A stretch of DNA of 64,000 bases from Schizochytrium sp. TIO01 (lineage: Eukaryota > Protista > Bigyra: Labyrinthulomycetes), in the NCBI GenBank assembly GCA_004764695.1, contig SMSO01000037.1, positions 1,278,747 to 1,342,746 of the forward strand, given 5' to 3'. The notes under the pieces were generated by a model. The model was not told the DNA's origin, made no database searches, and was given only the letters and a program-made list of their open reading frames with translations. The translations under genes were made by a program, and so were the position numbers. Shown piece after piece: positions 9,997 to 23,365 of this stretch. Each line of letters opens with the position of its first letter. Within the stretch, counting starts at the first letter, position 1.

Positions 9997-12171
9997 TTAC
10001 TCAATCGCAGACTGCTCACCAGGAACAAAGAGTTCAAAAACTTGAGAGGTTCCTTCAAATGATGTCACACGACCAGTAAAATGCTTACGGTCACCAAAAT
10101 GCCGCAAACGGTAACTGCCTGAAATTACTTGCTTCAAACTTTGAGCCGGACGCCATTCAACCGTAGCCGTGTAGTGCAATGAAAACATAGAGGAGCGGTT
10201 ATGAATAAAGCGTGTTTCAAATTCGCTATCTGTAGCAATCACCTTCCATGAGCCATCCTTTTCAAGGCGTTCAACCGTCAGATACGTGCCACCGAGACGC
10301 ATATTGTTACGCGCATTTGCACTCCAGAATGTGGCAGAGATAACTAGATCGGGTGTGAGCGTGTACTTGGTATCGACATCTGATTTTACAGATCCAAAGG
10401 CAGTGCCAATAGGCGCGGTGTCAGGCAGAGGGTTAGGGAGAAGCGAGACCTGGTGCTGCATAAGGTTTGCCGGGTTGGGCCCCTGGTCAGGTTGTACACC
10501 ATTTGATAAAGCATCAGCAAGATGGACGGCTTCCTGAACATAACCAGCATGAGTGTAGGGTCCATATAAAGTAGAGGCTGCCTCGTAACGTTGGACCTGA
10601 TATTCTTCGTATGTAGTGACATAAGAGGAATACTCGTTGGCAAGTCCAGCAATCACAACAACGCCATTCTTGGGGTCAAAGCCGCCACCCTCGATCAACT
10701 TGGCTCGTACTGCGTTACGAAGGCGGCGCCCAGCCATGGTCGTAAACTCTGATGGCACATTGATGATAGCAAGTTGATAACCGATCTGAAAGATCGAGAT
10801 AGGCATGACGACGGGATGCCATGGGTACGGTTCATTCATCTCACCAGTGGGAAGAAGTACAGGCTTTGGGTGCTGGCAAGCCTTGAGGTCTTCACTTGGC
10901 TTACGAAGGAAATTGCGTAAAAATTCCCAGAAAGGGTTTGTGGTCTTCTCGGATTGGATAAAGTCAAAAGCGCCAGGGCCGTCAGTGGTACCCGCAGCAA
11001 ATGAGTAGCCAAGTGCAGGCTTGCAAGTCATTACAGTTGTGCCGTCATCTAAGTTGACCTTGAGTTTAGACATATCTCGATACACATGCGCAGATTTGAT
11101 AGGACCATCAACAGATGCTCGGACGATTGCAGCACCCTCCGCACGGTCAAAGAGCTTGCGAGCAAACTTTGCCTGGCGTTCTCCAAGGATGCGTGTAGAC
11201 TCAAAAGGGTCTTTGGAAGGACCCACGCCGTGACACTGTTCATTGTATCCGTGGCAAGTTGAATGTAACTCCTCGCATGGGTCGCCAGAGTCTGAGCAGA
11301 ACGTGCCGTTAATGTTGGGGGAGACATCACCGAGGTTGGTTGAGGCAAACGCTGACACGAATGAGCCATTTCCAGCAAGTGTGTCAGGCCCATTGTACCA
11401 AGCTTCAAAAAGTTGCGAGGCATAACCCTTATTGTCGCCACTAATGAGGTGGTTGTCATTAGGCATTGTCGTACCATGGACACTGAACCAGTTGAGCATA
11501 CCTACCGGCGTGCCGTCGGACTCCTCAATGCGAAGTACAGTGGAGTTAAGATCGGTGTTGTGCCCATAAAGATCCCGTTCCCACCTTGGGTTGTTCAGGT
11601 ATCCTGATGGGGATCGATTAATGTTTGCAACGCCCGGTGCCATTGCGGCCCTCGATATCTCCAGCTTACGGCCTGATTTCGCAGATTTGTGAGCCTTCAC
11701 AATTGCATGCACGATACCAGAGACAAAGCCTTCAAAAGATGAAGGTACGAAGCCCCATGACGGCACTTGAAAGAGAACATTTTGCAGAAACCCGGCAGGG
11801 GCACTGTGAGTGTGCGTGCCACTAATTGAAATGGTTTGAGCGGAGTAAACACCAGGAAGAATTTTGTCCAAACGATCAACAACTTCAGCAGTCACAGCTT
11901 GGGTTCCCATGCATGAATCCAGGCTGACAAAAGCAAGTTTTGTCGCATTTGGATCCTTTCCAGCACCATCATTACCAAATACAAATGCCCGGGCTCGAAG
12001 TCGGAAGTGGATGCCACCGGTTGTCTGCTCTGGCATGGCGTAGCCCATCATGTTTACATCAGATGCTGGACCAGTAACGTCGCCCATGCCAACTCCAGCC
12101 CAGTACGCATTACATTTATCGCTAAACACGAGCAATGCAAGCACCACGAACAAGGTGAATTCGACCCTCAT
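9997..12171 (-). CDS. Neutral/alkaline ceramidase (ASAH2-like) with a signal peptide
   Basis: N-terminal hydrophobic signal MRVEFTLFVVLALLVFS. Family motifs MMGYA, GTHTHSAP, NWFSVHGT, SGDNKGYAS, NLGDVSPN, AAGTTDGPG, EFTTMAGRRLR and YVTTYEEYQVQRYEAASTLYGP. Confidence 0.95.
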   Translation of the reverse strand: MRVEFTLFVVLALLVFSDKCNAYWAGVGMGDVTGPASDVNMMGYAMPEQTTGGIHFRLRARAFVFGNDGAGKDPNATKLAFVSLDSCMGTQAVTAEVVDRLDKILPGVYSAQTISISGTHTHSAPAGFLQNVLFQVPSWGFVPSSFEGFVSGIVHAIVKAHKSAKSGRKLEISRAAMAPGVANINRSPSGYLNNPRWERDLYGHNTDLNSTVLRIEESDGTPVGMLNWFSVHGTTMPNDNHLISGDNKGYASQLFEAWYNGPDTLAGNGSFVSAFASTNLGDVSPNINGTFCSDSGDPCEELHSTCHGYNEQCHGVGPSKDPFESTRILGERQAKFARKLFDRAEGAAIVRASVDGPIKSAHVYRDMSKLKVNLDDGTTVMTCKPALGYSFAAGTTDGPGAFDFIQSEKTTNPFWEFLRNFLRKPSEDLKACQHPKPVLLPTGEMNEPYPWHPVVMPISIFQIGYQLAIINVPSEFTTMAGRRLRNAVRAKLIEGGGFDPKNGVVVIAGLANEYSSYVTTYEEYQVQRYEAASTLYGPYTHAGYVQEAVHLADALSNGVQPDQGPNPANLMQHQVSLLPNPLPDTAPIGTAFGSVKSDVDTKYTLTPDLVISATFWSANARNNMRLGGTYLTVERLEKDGSWKVIATDSEFETRFIHNRSSMFSLHYTATVEWRPAQSLKQVISGSYRLRHFGDRKHFTGRVTSFEGTSQVFELFVPGEQSAIE

Positions 12172-13474
12172 CGTGAAAGATCAATCAATTTCTTCCCAAG
12201 GAGGTGAATTTGCTATACGATTCTCAGCTACGTTGCGGAGCGTGTCCTAATCAGCAAAGGCTTGTCTAAGAACGACTCGGGGCCTTCGTCTGCGCTGATT
12301 AGCGCACTTTAACCAGTTAAATGTATTCCCCGCGGCAGACGGGAAGCTGCGCAGCGAAAGCCGAGGAAGGGCCCGCAGACGTCTCCGAGCTGATCGGAGG
12401 GACGTGGGATTCGGGTTTGATCACCTTTGTTGATTCTTTAAGAAAAGAAAAGATTTTTACTCAGAAAACGCAAATCCTTTTAGTCCCCAATGCTAGTCTC
12501 TCAGTTAGATATATGCCTACTAGTCTCTTCGATGTCCAAAGTCCTTTCCCCCCCAAATGCTTTTAGACAGGATTGAGTTCTTTCTCATAGTTGTACCTAA
12601 CCAGAGTCCTACCGTATTTTTACTTTCTGTTGAAAGAACTTGCAAGAGAGAAAGAACCTCAGGGAAGAACTCTTCTCGCCATCAAACTCTTCGCTCTCCA
12701 GGAATCAATCAACTTAAGTCGAGGTCCTTCCTCTAGATCCGAGCTGTCTCTGAGCTGACCCAAGGTGACGTTGTGGTCAATTTTGAGAGAAGAAGAATAT
12801 GCTTCGATTTGGTAGACTCGGAAATAATGAGAGTGGAGATTTATCAAGATATCTGGATGGAGAAGCAAAACCCTGTATACAGAATAACTGAAGGATTTAA
12901 GGGTCGACGAGCATGGCGCAAATAAATGATGACTCGTTAAAATGATAGAAGACGGAATATGGTTGACGATTCAAGTGTGACAAAGTGAGTTAGAAATGGT
13001 GAAGATCACTCGAAGGGTAGATACATATGCGAATAGGGAAAGAGTTATCGGAAATTGTGAACCCTAACGGGAATTTCCAAAGTGGCTGCTTTTAAAGGAC
13101 GAGATGAGGAGGTCGATAAAGCCTCCACAGTTCTTTGACGACACGAGAAAACAGAAGTGTCGTGCTCTAGGAATGAATAAAAGGCTATATGCGATATCTT
13201 TACTTATGATGATATCAAGAATCAAGAATTAAAGTTAGGTATGTTGTATCACATACCATTTCACAGACGCCGTGAGGCCTGCGAGCCTAGCAAAGTAGCA
13301 AGAGAGTTGTGAAAAGGAAGATACAATGATGTGAAGTTGAAATCTTTCTCTATCTATGATAGTTGTGGTATGTAATTTGACAAATAGCTCGTTTGATTGA
13401 CGCTTGTTTGATATTTTAGGGCAAGAGATATGTTAATACTCACGAATAAGATGGTTTTGTATTGCGTCTTATAA

Positions 13475-16400
13475 TTATTCTGACAGCAGTTGAGAAACTA
13501 AGCTACCCAAACGTTGCAAGGCGGCTAGGTCAATGTCGTTGAAGCAAGCAGATGCGTGTACAGCCGTTCCTGCATGTAGCCAAGACTGTGTATGTAGAAG
13601 GCTGTGATTTGCATCGGAATGTCGACGATTCACGAGCAACAGGATTGCTTGCAACTGGCCTGGGATACTATTAAAAATTGGCCATGCACAGGAACTGGTC
13701 ACTGAGACATCTTTAAGCCAGTCATTCATAGCAGAATAGTCGCCTGTGGTATCGATAATGGGGGATGTGGAATTTCCTTTCAACAGCTTATGTATAGCAA
13801 GATCAGAGTTTTCGTCCAAGAAAACATATCTACTTGCTGGAAGCTCATCGATTATAGGCTCATCTTGTATCGAAGCTTCATCAAAGTCGATCAAGACAAG
13901 CTCATCTCGATATCTTACCGAAACCAAGCTAATTACCCTTTCACAAGGTAAAATTTCTGAGATAAGACCAGAGAGCTTTTCTACACATTCTAAAAGCCTT
14001 ACCCACGCGCTTTCAAGAGGCAGAGAAAGATGATAAACTAAATCTGAAATACCACAATTCATCATTTTCACTTCATTTAAGCGAAGTGAAGTTTCTTCAA
14101 TGTGTAGGCATAAATCAACATCAAAAGCTACCGCACTTGTACAGCCCAAAATGAGTTGCTCGCATTCAGTTGTTACCACCGAACTATGATCAAAAGTATA
14201 CTGACAAACGCCGAAACAATGCCGCGTCTCAAGATGTTGCTGTCCCGATACAGTGCCCCATAATGGAACGGTTGCCACTGTTCGATCTCCATTTGGTGAA
14301 AAGTACCAGTGCATGGTTTGATTAGGCTTCAGATCGGTTTTCACTTGAAAAGCTTCTGCAAATAACACCGGATCAGACTCTGCAGCTATTCTGGAAGGCT
14401 TCCAAGCTTGATCACTGCTTCTTGTGGTAGAATATATACGTGTTAACAATTCTTCCTCGGCATTGCTAGAGGGGAATAAATGAATGTAAATGTCACTTGC
14501 TTCAAGAATAATCTTGGCATGCTCTATTATTCCAGAACAGGATGGATTCGTAACTCTTTGGCCATTCCGACATAAACTTGATTGAACACCAGAACTCTGT
14601 GCCGATGAGCCAAAGGGCAATCGATTTGTGGAGCCAGTGCTATAGAATGACCACGAGCGGAGACTTGTCGCTCTGTTGAGTGAATCCTCAGGTCCGTCGA
14701 GTTCATCTCGAGCACGTTGCAGCTGTTTCAAGGGACGACTCGGCAAGCCAGCTTTTTCTTCCGGCAGATCCTCCCGGGATGGTAGATTATGCCTTGAATA
14801 TAGTGTCCGCAAGTCTCCACATGCTAGAATGCCATATGGAATTCGGCGATCATAGTCAAGCTCATCCAGGAGCGTTGCTCGATCTACTAATCCATGTTGC
14901 TCAAGATAGCTTCGGAGATGGGTCATTGCAGAGTCAGAAAGTTCACCAAGAAACGAATCCTCCTGTAAATAACCATCCTTAACTTCCTGACGAAAGGTAT
15001 CCAACTCTCGAAGCTGATTCGACGCACAAATCAGCGTTTCCATCATTGTATTAATCCAGCGATTCAATTCAATATCTCCAAAGCTATTACTATATAGAAT
15101 ATCTTCAAGTTCCCATGAGCAAAGGTCGTCATCAAAGTACTCCTCGTTAACCACCAAAGCTTGTCGGAAGTACACAACGTCCATCTGTGCATCATTCTCT
15201 GTTGTTTGGATCATTTGAGATGCCGAGGGCCTACCTTGTAATGAAAATGCAAATTCGAATGCCCATGTTCCGCAAGATGCGTCATCTTTGCAATTCCTGT
15301 TGCGTCCACGCTTCCCAATCTAAAGTTTCCTCTTCTGATAATATATGGATCGTGCTCTGGAGATCATCAGTATCCCCACGACATGAACTCTTCTCAAGAG
15401 GCAATAAGCGACGTCGCTGTGATGGAATATGTACTAAAGATGCAAGAGCTAAGTTGCGAGTGTCTAATGATCTACCTAAAAGCTGCACAAGATGTGGTTG
15501 ATTCATTGTATATGAAATTCCACGGTCCAGACTTTCAGGCGTATATTTTCCTTTTCGTGACCGCGGTGCTACTTGTTCAATGTATTGGTCGTCACTAAAC
15601 ATGCTTGGGATAATCTCCTTTCGAGGTGCACCTGCGCCTTTGGATCTAGTACGTTCATTAGGATTTGCACCTCTGTTACTTGAAGGGAAAACCTTTTCTT
15701 TATCGATGTGCGACTCTGGCCAACTAGTGATATGCCCAGTTGACGAGGTAAAGGTTACACTGCGTGGTGAGCAAGCTGTTCTGGGGAGATTAAGTTTAGG
15801 TAGATCGGGTTGATTCTGGGTGTAAAGACCTGAGATAGATTCCGCAATAGGGATTTTATAATCTTCGCATTCAATTTCGGATGCCCATGCCGAGGGAGCG
15901 TACACAGCAAGCAGATTCTCATGAAACGATTTTGCGCATGGGCCTAACAGAGTTTCATCAGATAATTGCAATTCCTCTGCGCATAAATGTGGCTTTGACT
16001 CACTTGCCCACAGAAAAGTTGCCAGCTTTTTGCTGATAGTCTCGCAAAACGAGACTAATGAATCGACTTTTAAGATCTCGCGCAGTGCGTCAACCATGTG
16101 AGCTTGAATTGTGCAAGCTTGACCAAGAGTTGCGACTTCACCTTCCCACTCCTTCATTGTCGTGGCGCGCTTTTGGCGATCACCTGCATCACGTAGATAT
16201 TGAGACAAAGCATTTGCGATTATTGGCGCACATTCATCAGCAACCATTTTATCTCTCAGCGTAAATGGCTGTGCTTCTCGGAGATCTCTTTCGAGACGAA
16301 GTATACCCATATAGACTTCTTCATCTTCTCGAAGAGCAAAGTCAGAAACATAAAGAGGGATACAAAGTTCAGACTTATCATCTCCTGACCAAATAATGCT

Positions 16401-18643
16401 TTGGCGAGATTTCGCTCCAATCGCGAGCGGGTGAGAAGAAGAAATATTCCATGTCAGAGCAGTGTTTCCCCAAAGATTGCGTGGGTTGGTCTAACACTAG
16501 GGTTATCGCCAGGTACAACAACCAAAACCCAGGGGTTTGCCTCGAGTGTTCTATCCTCTTCCATGATTGTATCAATTAGGTCGCTTGTCTCCAGTAAACT
16601 TTTACGTCGAGACAAAGAACTACGACGACTTGCACCTCTTTCCAACCTTCTTTGAGTTGACGGATTGCGCTGCTTTTTACGCCTGGCAGGTGAGTTGATT
16701 CGATCCTTTGCTCTTTGCAAGGTTTTCAAACTTTTTGCTTCGAGATGCGAAGTTGTTGCTCGAAATGATTGCATTAATGCTTCGCGATTTTGTTCTTTGT
16801 TTTTAGCCGGGTCAAGAAGGCTATTTAGAATTCTTAGTTGAGAAGCTTCCATAGTGGAGCCATGTCCAAAGTATACAGCATGATTCTGCATATCGCGACA
16901 AACTAAGAGTGAAGCTCGTTGTGCTTCAAAAAATATTCCGCAATGATCCTGAACAGCCTTGACCAATTCAGCAAAGGATGTCGCGCCACATCCTACAACT
17001 TGTTGAGGCAAAAATGAAGCCCGCTGCTTGCACTCCGCCTCAAAGAGCTTTTCAGAGTCAATATCGGTCTGTATGTTAATTGAAGGCGCCTTCGCAGCAC
17101 CTAGATACGGTTGTTCAAGCGGAGTATGGTCAGAGGTTCCTCTTTTGATGTTGTAGCCAGAGTAGTATTCCGTATATTGTGATTCTATGTCCTGGGATCG
17201 ATTTGTTACACCTAGATCTTGCATATTATGCTTTATACAGCGTTCGGATGCTGGCTTAGTCGGAAATGACTCACATTCGTTTTGTGGTATAGTGCAATAA
17301 ATTTCAGCTAGCCATTGGGCTTGGTCAAGCTGTTGTGGCAGCCAAAGGCTAGAACTACGACCTACATACGTGCGAGCAATCAAAACTTTGAAAGCATGTT
17401 CTTGACGCTGTACAGGATCCTTGCTAGCTTCATGAGGGATGTGTACGAGAATTACACACAACATTGAAGACGTGCCAAATTCATCTTGTTTGTGGGTGTC
17501 CTTGCGCCAATCGAAAACCTGCACCGCTCTTCCATCTTCTTTGAAAGCTGCTAGGGCAATACGAGCAAGACTCGCAAGGGAACCTTGAGCTGTCTCCGGA
17601 TAAACAAGGTCAATTTGCTCTGCTTCAAGAACATTTGCTATGCGCCTAAGCCAATCATCCTTATACGAAGTCTGTTCAGCATTAGAAAAGGCGCATTTTT
17701 CTTCTAATTCGACTTCAGTTCGGAGGTGCTCAAAAAAGCCATCTGTTGCCAGTCCCAAGACACGTTCAATAAGCATTTCGTCTGAAGAAGATTCCGCGAT
17801 GCGGTCTAGCATGTCAGCAAAGTCACTACCATCCCCATGCATCAAAGCGCTAGCTAAAGCTTGATCTTGCTTGAGTTTAGCTTTTTGAGTTGCTTTGAGC
17901 TTATTGGGCGAGGTTTTAAGAACATGTTGAGCGTGCCAGGAATCTAAAAGCCCCCCTGTCTGCTTAGATGACTCTTCTGAATCAGGCAAAGATGCATTAA
18001 CAAATTTCGCAGACTGTTTCATTGCCCCACTAGATGTGTGTGTGACAGAAGCAGAACCTGATTCAAGAGAAGAGGATGCATAAGATTGGTGAATTGTTCG
18101 ATTTAGATGTTTAGCCTCATCAATAATTCTTTGCACCTCCTCCTGGTCTTCAGCAGTGTCTCTGATCCATTGTTCGCTAGGTTGGTTCAAAGGCTTAGTC
18201 AACTCCACAGCACGAAGTGCAGTAGCAAGACTGAGATGACCTGCCCCTGCTGAGCTGAGAATAGCATCGATGGTATCAAGATCCACACCTTCATTGCGAT
18301 TTAATAAATTCCATCGAAAATCCTTATCTAAATCGCGTGGACTAGTGACGAGCCGAGAGGTCCTGGATGATCTAGCTTGTATGAGTTGTAAAAGCTGAGG
18401 GTCATTATCGATCGTAGCAACGACAGCTCGTTCTGATGGACTTCGACGAATTAGCTCAGCTTGCACCGACGTACGTTTGGTTCGGGAAACCTCACTAGTA
18501 AGTTGCTGCAGATCCGGAAGTTCGAGCTGAAGTCCTAACTTTGAGCCAGGTTTGTTGTTATCGAATCCAACATTTTTTTTTGCCTTTGGTTGTTGTAGAT
18601 CCTGCGAGCTGGCATGCAATTCACCTGATTGCAACCTTTGCAT
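13475..18643 (-). CDS. Large (~1700 aa) multi-GAF-like domain protein, reported as three ORFs (16454-18643, 15282-16310, 13475-15214) separated by two frame breaks
   Basis: The 342-aa frame is open upstream to ~16490, overlapping the 729-aa ORF, and adds ...GDDKSELCIPLYVSD... before MGILRLERD..PFTLRD, a GAF core. The 579-aa frame is open upstream and overlaps the end of the 342-aa ORF. Further GAF-like pieces: GTSSMLCVILV, EAQRASLLVC, SCAWPIFNSIPGQLQAILLLVNRR...FNDIDLAALQRLG. Confidence 0.65.
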
Positions 18644-19261
18644 GGCAAACCAGAGGATGAAACTACGTTTCCGCAGGTCTTAATTTCATTAAGATGCCTT
18701 TCCCCCTTTTCTCAAGACTGCATCTACACAATCTCCAACTTTCAAGATTTTACCTGGTCTTCCACGTCGACCAAACCAGATCTTAAGCCTGATTCGAACT
18801 GCGCTCCACTCGTCACTCCTTTCATGCAACATTACTTGGGACTACGACTTCTCCTTTCATCAACGTCTCTATGTGCAGCTTTGCCGCGGTCTGCGCAACC
18901 CATTTTAGTGTTCTCAACCTCGTCTACTCCCGTAGGGTCCCAGCTACGGATAACTATAGGCCTACCTTGAGACCTCATCTTGAGCAGGGATCTTGCTGCC
19001 TACCAACACGACTTTACCAAATTCGATTTCCATCTTATGAAGTTCAGTCCTGTCCGCTGAGACCTCGTGACTGACCCGCAGAGATAGCCTGCCACCGAAG
19101 CTCATGAGCTTCAGCGGGAACTCGGCAGTGGCGTGCGGCAGCGTTTTGTTTTCTTAAGAGCGGTTCTGACCGCCCAGACTGCTTATTTTCTACCCGCCAT
19201 CGTGAACTTCTTCGGCACCGTTGCGAATTGGAGCACGTTTTTGTCGACAGAGGCGCAGAAT

Positions 19262-19262
<1 letters not shown>

Positions 19263-19296
<34 letters not shown>

Positions 19297-19322
19297 CTGA
19301 TTGATCGATTGGCTGATTGATT
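19263..19322 (+). repeat. (GATT)n microsatellite in the divergent intergenic region
   Basis: Directly visible tetranucleotide repeat; it generates the spurious SINQ-repeat ORFs. Confidence 0.95.
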
Positions 19323-20379
19323 CACCAACCCCAATGCCGACGGCCTCGAGTGCCGCAAAGCCTGCAACTCCGAACTGCTCTGTGGCTTCTGGGCTGCCGT
19401 GCATGCGAAAGCCCTGCCACGCGAACAGAGCTTTCACGGGATCGATCGAAGCGGTCGCTTCAGGGTTCTGTTGAACTGAGGCGGCGGCACGTGCTTCGGG
19501 GGGAGTGCTTTGCGGCAAGTGCTGCGAAGAAGCCATCACTGACACGGAAGTCAGTCGAGACTCGCGTTTGCGATCTTCAGTTCTTCATTCCACGCCGAGG
19601 GTCTCACAGCTGATGCGGGTTCCTGGGCAAAAGTCGCTCTGGAGGGGATGAATCACCGCGCAGATAACGCGGGTCTTGCTTGCTCGGGCTTTGTCGTGAG
19701 CAGGCAGTCCGTCCCGAGTTCCTAGCGCCGGAGATTCTCGCCCGGCTGTCCGTGTTGCTCGCACGACGAACGGCGACGGGATTCCGAATGGCGAGCGAGT
19801 CTCAGAGCCAAGTGAAGTGAGTTAATTGTAGCAAGGTTCGTCTTCGCAAAACGACTCTTACTTAACTCGCACGAAGGAGGACGACCCCTCCGCCGAACCT
19901 TGAACGGCCAAGGCTCCAAGCTGGTGGTCCTTCCGGTGGACCCTTCGGCCGGCTTGAGCGCGAGGTATTCTTCTTCATCGCCTTGAGCTCGTGCTGAGAA
20001 GCGAAGAAGTGCTCAACAGATTCTTTTACATCTTCAGCGAAGCTCAGTGAAAGAAAGACCATTGAAAGAACATTTTCCTTCAGTAATATGAATATCATTC
20101 AATCAATCAAACGAGCAAACCTTTGCTCCAACGAAAGTGTCGTGTCATCGTGCCGTGCGAGGGGACCATCTAACCGACATTTCTCCATAAAATCGCGACT
20201 ACAGACGCAGCCAGAATCAACGCCAACCAGGCATCCAAGAGCTCGAAACCCGTGAATTTTTATGGTTATTTATGTATGATATGTATTTATTTATTTTCTT
20301 CTGATTAAAGTTTCGACAATCTTTTTATATTTCTTTGAAGCCAATACCGATTCGACCGCTTTGTGCCTCTGCGCTAGCC

Positions 20380-23105
20380 ATGTCGCACCTCGACGATGAG
20401 GCCTCCCAGCCGCTCCGTCCTGCTGCCGATGAGGATTTGCGAGACGGCTCGCACACCGCTGTCCCTCCGTCCGGTAGCACTGGATCTTCAAATGGCGACG
20501 GCTTGAGCGGCCATGGCGGCTCTCAGAGTGAAGCTAGGCGCGGGTTCATGCAGCGCAAGGGCTCCGCGGCGCAGGGATCGCTTGCAAACATGCTCCCGGT
20601 ACTTGAGGATAGTGACGCTAGTGAGGCGCTGCTTGCAGATGCCAGCCCAACTGCCGAGCCCAGCGAACCTGGCACGCCTAGGAGCCGCACAGCCTCGGAG
20701 ATGTCTTTCGATGTGGACTTCGACAGCGACTTTGAGGATGCCAGTACCTACAACTTCTTGCCTGGATCCAAAGGAAAGTCTCGCACGCCAGGAGACATTC
20801 GTACGGCAGTTCTGGAGTGGATGTACGAGGAAAAGGATCAAGAGCAGTGCAGCGATCTTTGCCTTGCGAATGCCAAAATCCTCGAGGACCTCATCTCAGT
20901 CTTCGTCAACGTAGTGCTGCACGGGAAGTCGGATGTGATCCGGTCGCAGGTTTGGAGGTTTTTAATCCAGGCATCGGTCTCTTCTTTACACTTTGCATTC
21001 CTTGTCATCTGTAGCTTGAATGCGAGCTGCCACCAAAACCCTGCAGTGGAAGAGGATGAGCTGAGTTCGGAGTTTAAAAAGAAGAGAGCTCAGAACCTTG
21101 CGGCGGTGGAGAAAATTATTGACACCATTAGCAAGGAGTCCCTGGCTGCCACGAACAAAGCAAGTAATCTCATAAAAGACGGCGAAGCTGACACGCGAAC
21201 GAAGTCTGCTGAAACCGCACTTGAGACTGTTCGCTCGTCACTTGACAAAGTACTTCAGCAGCTGGAGGACGTGCACGATAGCCAGGTGCTCAGTAACCTT
21301 GACATGAACTCCCGCGGACGCTCAGCGCGTCAAAATGTAGACATGCTTGTTCTTAAGGTTCGCAATGCTATGGTGCGGAACCACACTGCAGAAGGCGAGA
21401 AGGCTCAACGAGATCTCGACGGTAAAATTGGTTTCATCAAGGCCCTCACCGACCTTGATGACTGGCTTCGTGTATCAGTCGCGCGCGAAGATCGCTCAGA
21501 AATCCTAGAAAATAAACTATCCGCACTTGCACATGCTCTACCGTTTGGCGCGTAAGTTTTGCCTCTTTCTTTTTTTTTTTACAATCCAAGTAAACCTTTC
21601 AACCAAAGAAATTCTGAAGATGCCAAAATCATACTTCACATCTCACCAAATTTCAAAGAAGATGCAGGTTAGCTTTCTTGCGATTGTTTTTGGAAAGAGT
21701 GAACATAGAAAATTGTCGGTTGACATGTTTGATCTTAATTTTGTCTGGTAACCCAGATAGACTAACGGTGCTACTCCTACTTGCTTTGCTTTTCCGACAC
21801 ACGCCTTACTTTGGAGGAAATGCTTTGCTTTTTGCTTTTGGAAAACGAACACAGGTACTTGCCCACGGCTGTTGAACGCGCCTCTGAGAATCATCGGGTT
21901 TTGCGTCTCGTCCTGGAGGAAACTATTGTCTTTAATACTGCACGTAAATGCCCCTTCCTTCTTGTAGCTGAAGTCGAGGCACTTGGTGACAATACCGGGC
22001 CCGAAAGCCAGTCTGGCGCAACAAGGCAGATGCGCTCTCCTAGTAGACTCGCCAAAGATGCAATTGAGATGGTGAGCTCTCGTGAATTTTGGAAGAACCC
22101 GGTCAAACAGCTCAAAGAGCAACGCTTATCCACTGGACACAGTGGTATTACTGAAGTCAACTTGGACGACGAAGACGAGGAGTTTGGGATCGTTAGCGAG
22201 GCAGACCTCAGTAAGAATGGGCACACTGAAGGAGCAAAACAAAAGTTCTCTCAGGAGCGTTGGGAGGATATGCAGGAACGCGTGCGCCACTCCAGTCCTT
22301 ATGGAGATCGGCCCAATTGGCAGCTAGCTTCCATGTTTGTTAAGGCTGGTGATGACTTAAGACAGCAACAACTTGGTGTTCTCTTCGTATCTACATTCCA
22401 AAAAATCTTTCTTGAGGAACGAGTTCCTGTTTGGCTCTCACCTTACAAGGTTATTGCAACTGGTCGCACATGTGGACTTCTCGAGCCCGCACGGAACTCA
22501 GATTCAATTGCCCGCATTAAGGAGCGAGGGGGGTATGATGGAATTGATCAATACTTCCTCGAAAAGTTTGGCCCGAAAAACTCAAAGCGTTACAAGCGCG
22601 CGCAACGAAACTTTTTGCAGAGTTTGGCTGGCTACAGCATTGTATCCTACCTAATCAAACTGCATGATCGCCATAATGGTAATGTGCTTCTTGACTTGCA
22701 TGGACATCTTTTGCATATTGACTTTGGCTTCATGCTTGGATTTTCACACCGTCTTGAACGTTCACCCTTCAAGCTTACCGGCGATTTTATCCAAATTCTG
22801 GCGGTCCGTACTCAAAGACCTTCCAAAAATTTAGACGCCTCATGGAGAAGGCCTACATTGCCGCAAACAAGCACCACCGTGAGATCATTCTCCTTGCAGA
22901 ACTCATGAGCATGGGCGATTCTGCAAGCGAGTGCTTCGCTGGCGGTCGCCGTTGGGTCATTGATGAGTTACGCGACCGCTTTCGTCCCGGTGAGACGACT
23001 CGTAAGCTCAAGGTGCATATCAACGACATCATTGACTGGAGTATGGGCAACTACACCACTAGGTGCTATGATCGGTACCAACGATGCGTCAATGGAATCT
23101 GGTAA
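20380..23105 (+). CDS. PI4KB: Phosphatidylinositol 4-kinase type III beta (PIK1-like); exons 20380-21551 and 21855-23105, with a one-base frameshift at ~22800
   Basis: Motifs FNTARKCPFLLVAEV, SPYGDRPNWQLASMFVKAGDDLRQQQL, LHDRHNGNVLLD, HIDFGFMLG and ERSPFKLT. Splicing gives LPFGAYLPT. Adding one G at 22800-22801 gives QILGGPYSKTFQKFRRLMEKAY and the canonical end YDRYQRCVNGIW. Confidence 0.92.
21552..21854 (+). other. Spliceosomal intron (phase 2) in PI4KB
   Basis: GTAAGT donor at 21552, ACTAAC branch-like site near 21761, ACAG acceptor ending at 21854. Removal joins the two ORFs in frame. Confidence 0.85.
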
Positions 23106-23365
23106 AGAAGTGCAAAAATCCAAGTTGAACCAAGTCACCAAATTTCCTGTTCGTATAACTCAAATATCAAATAAGAAGTTAACTTTAGTTATCCTCCTCC
23201 AAGGTAGCATCAGGTAGATTTACAGAAGAAAATTATCATTTTCGTTTGCATTCTCTGCTATCACCCCATCCCTCCTCATGAATAATTCTCTCTAGGCCTA
23301 GCAAAAACAAATATGCAGGTAATGCAATATTACAATTAATAGTTTAAGGGCACTCTCAAGTGCTC

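Noticed and set aside
15282-16490. Programmed ribosomal frameshifting in the multi-GAF gene
   Set aside because: No canonical slippery heptamer seen, and similar single-base breaks occur in PI4KB, so sequencing error is the simpler explanation.
19044-19613. ORFs with SINQ repeats
   Set aside because: They are produced by the (GATT)n microsatellite in GC-rich promoter-like DNA; no domain signal.
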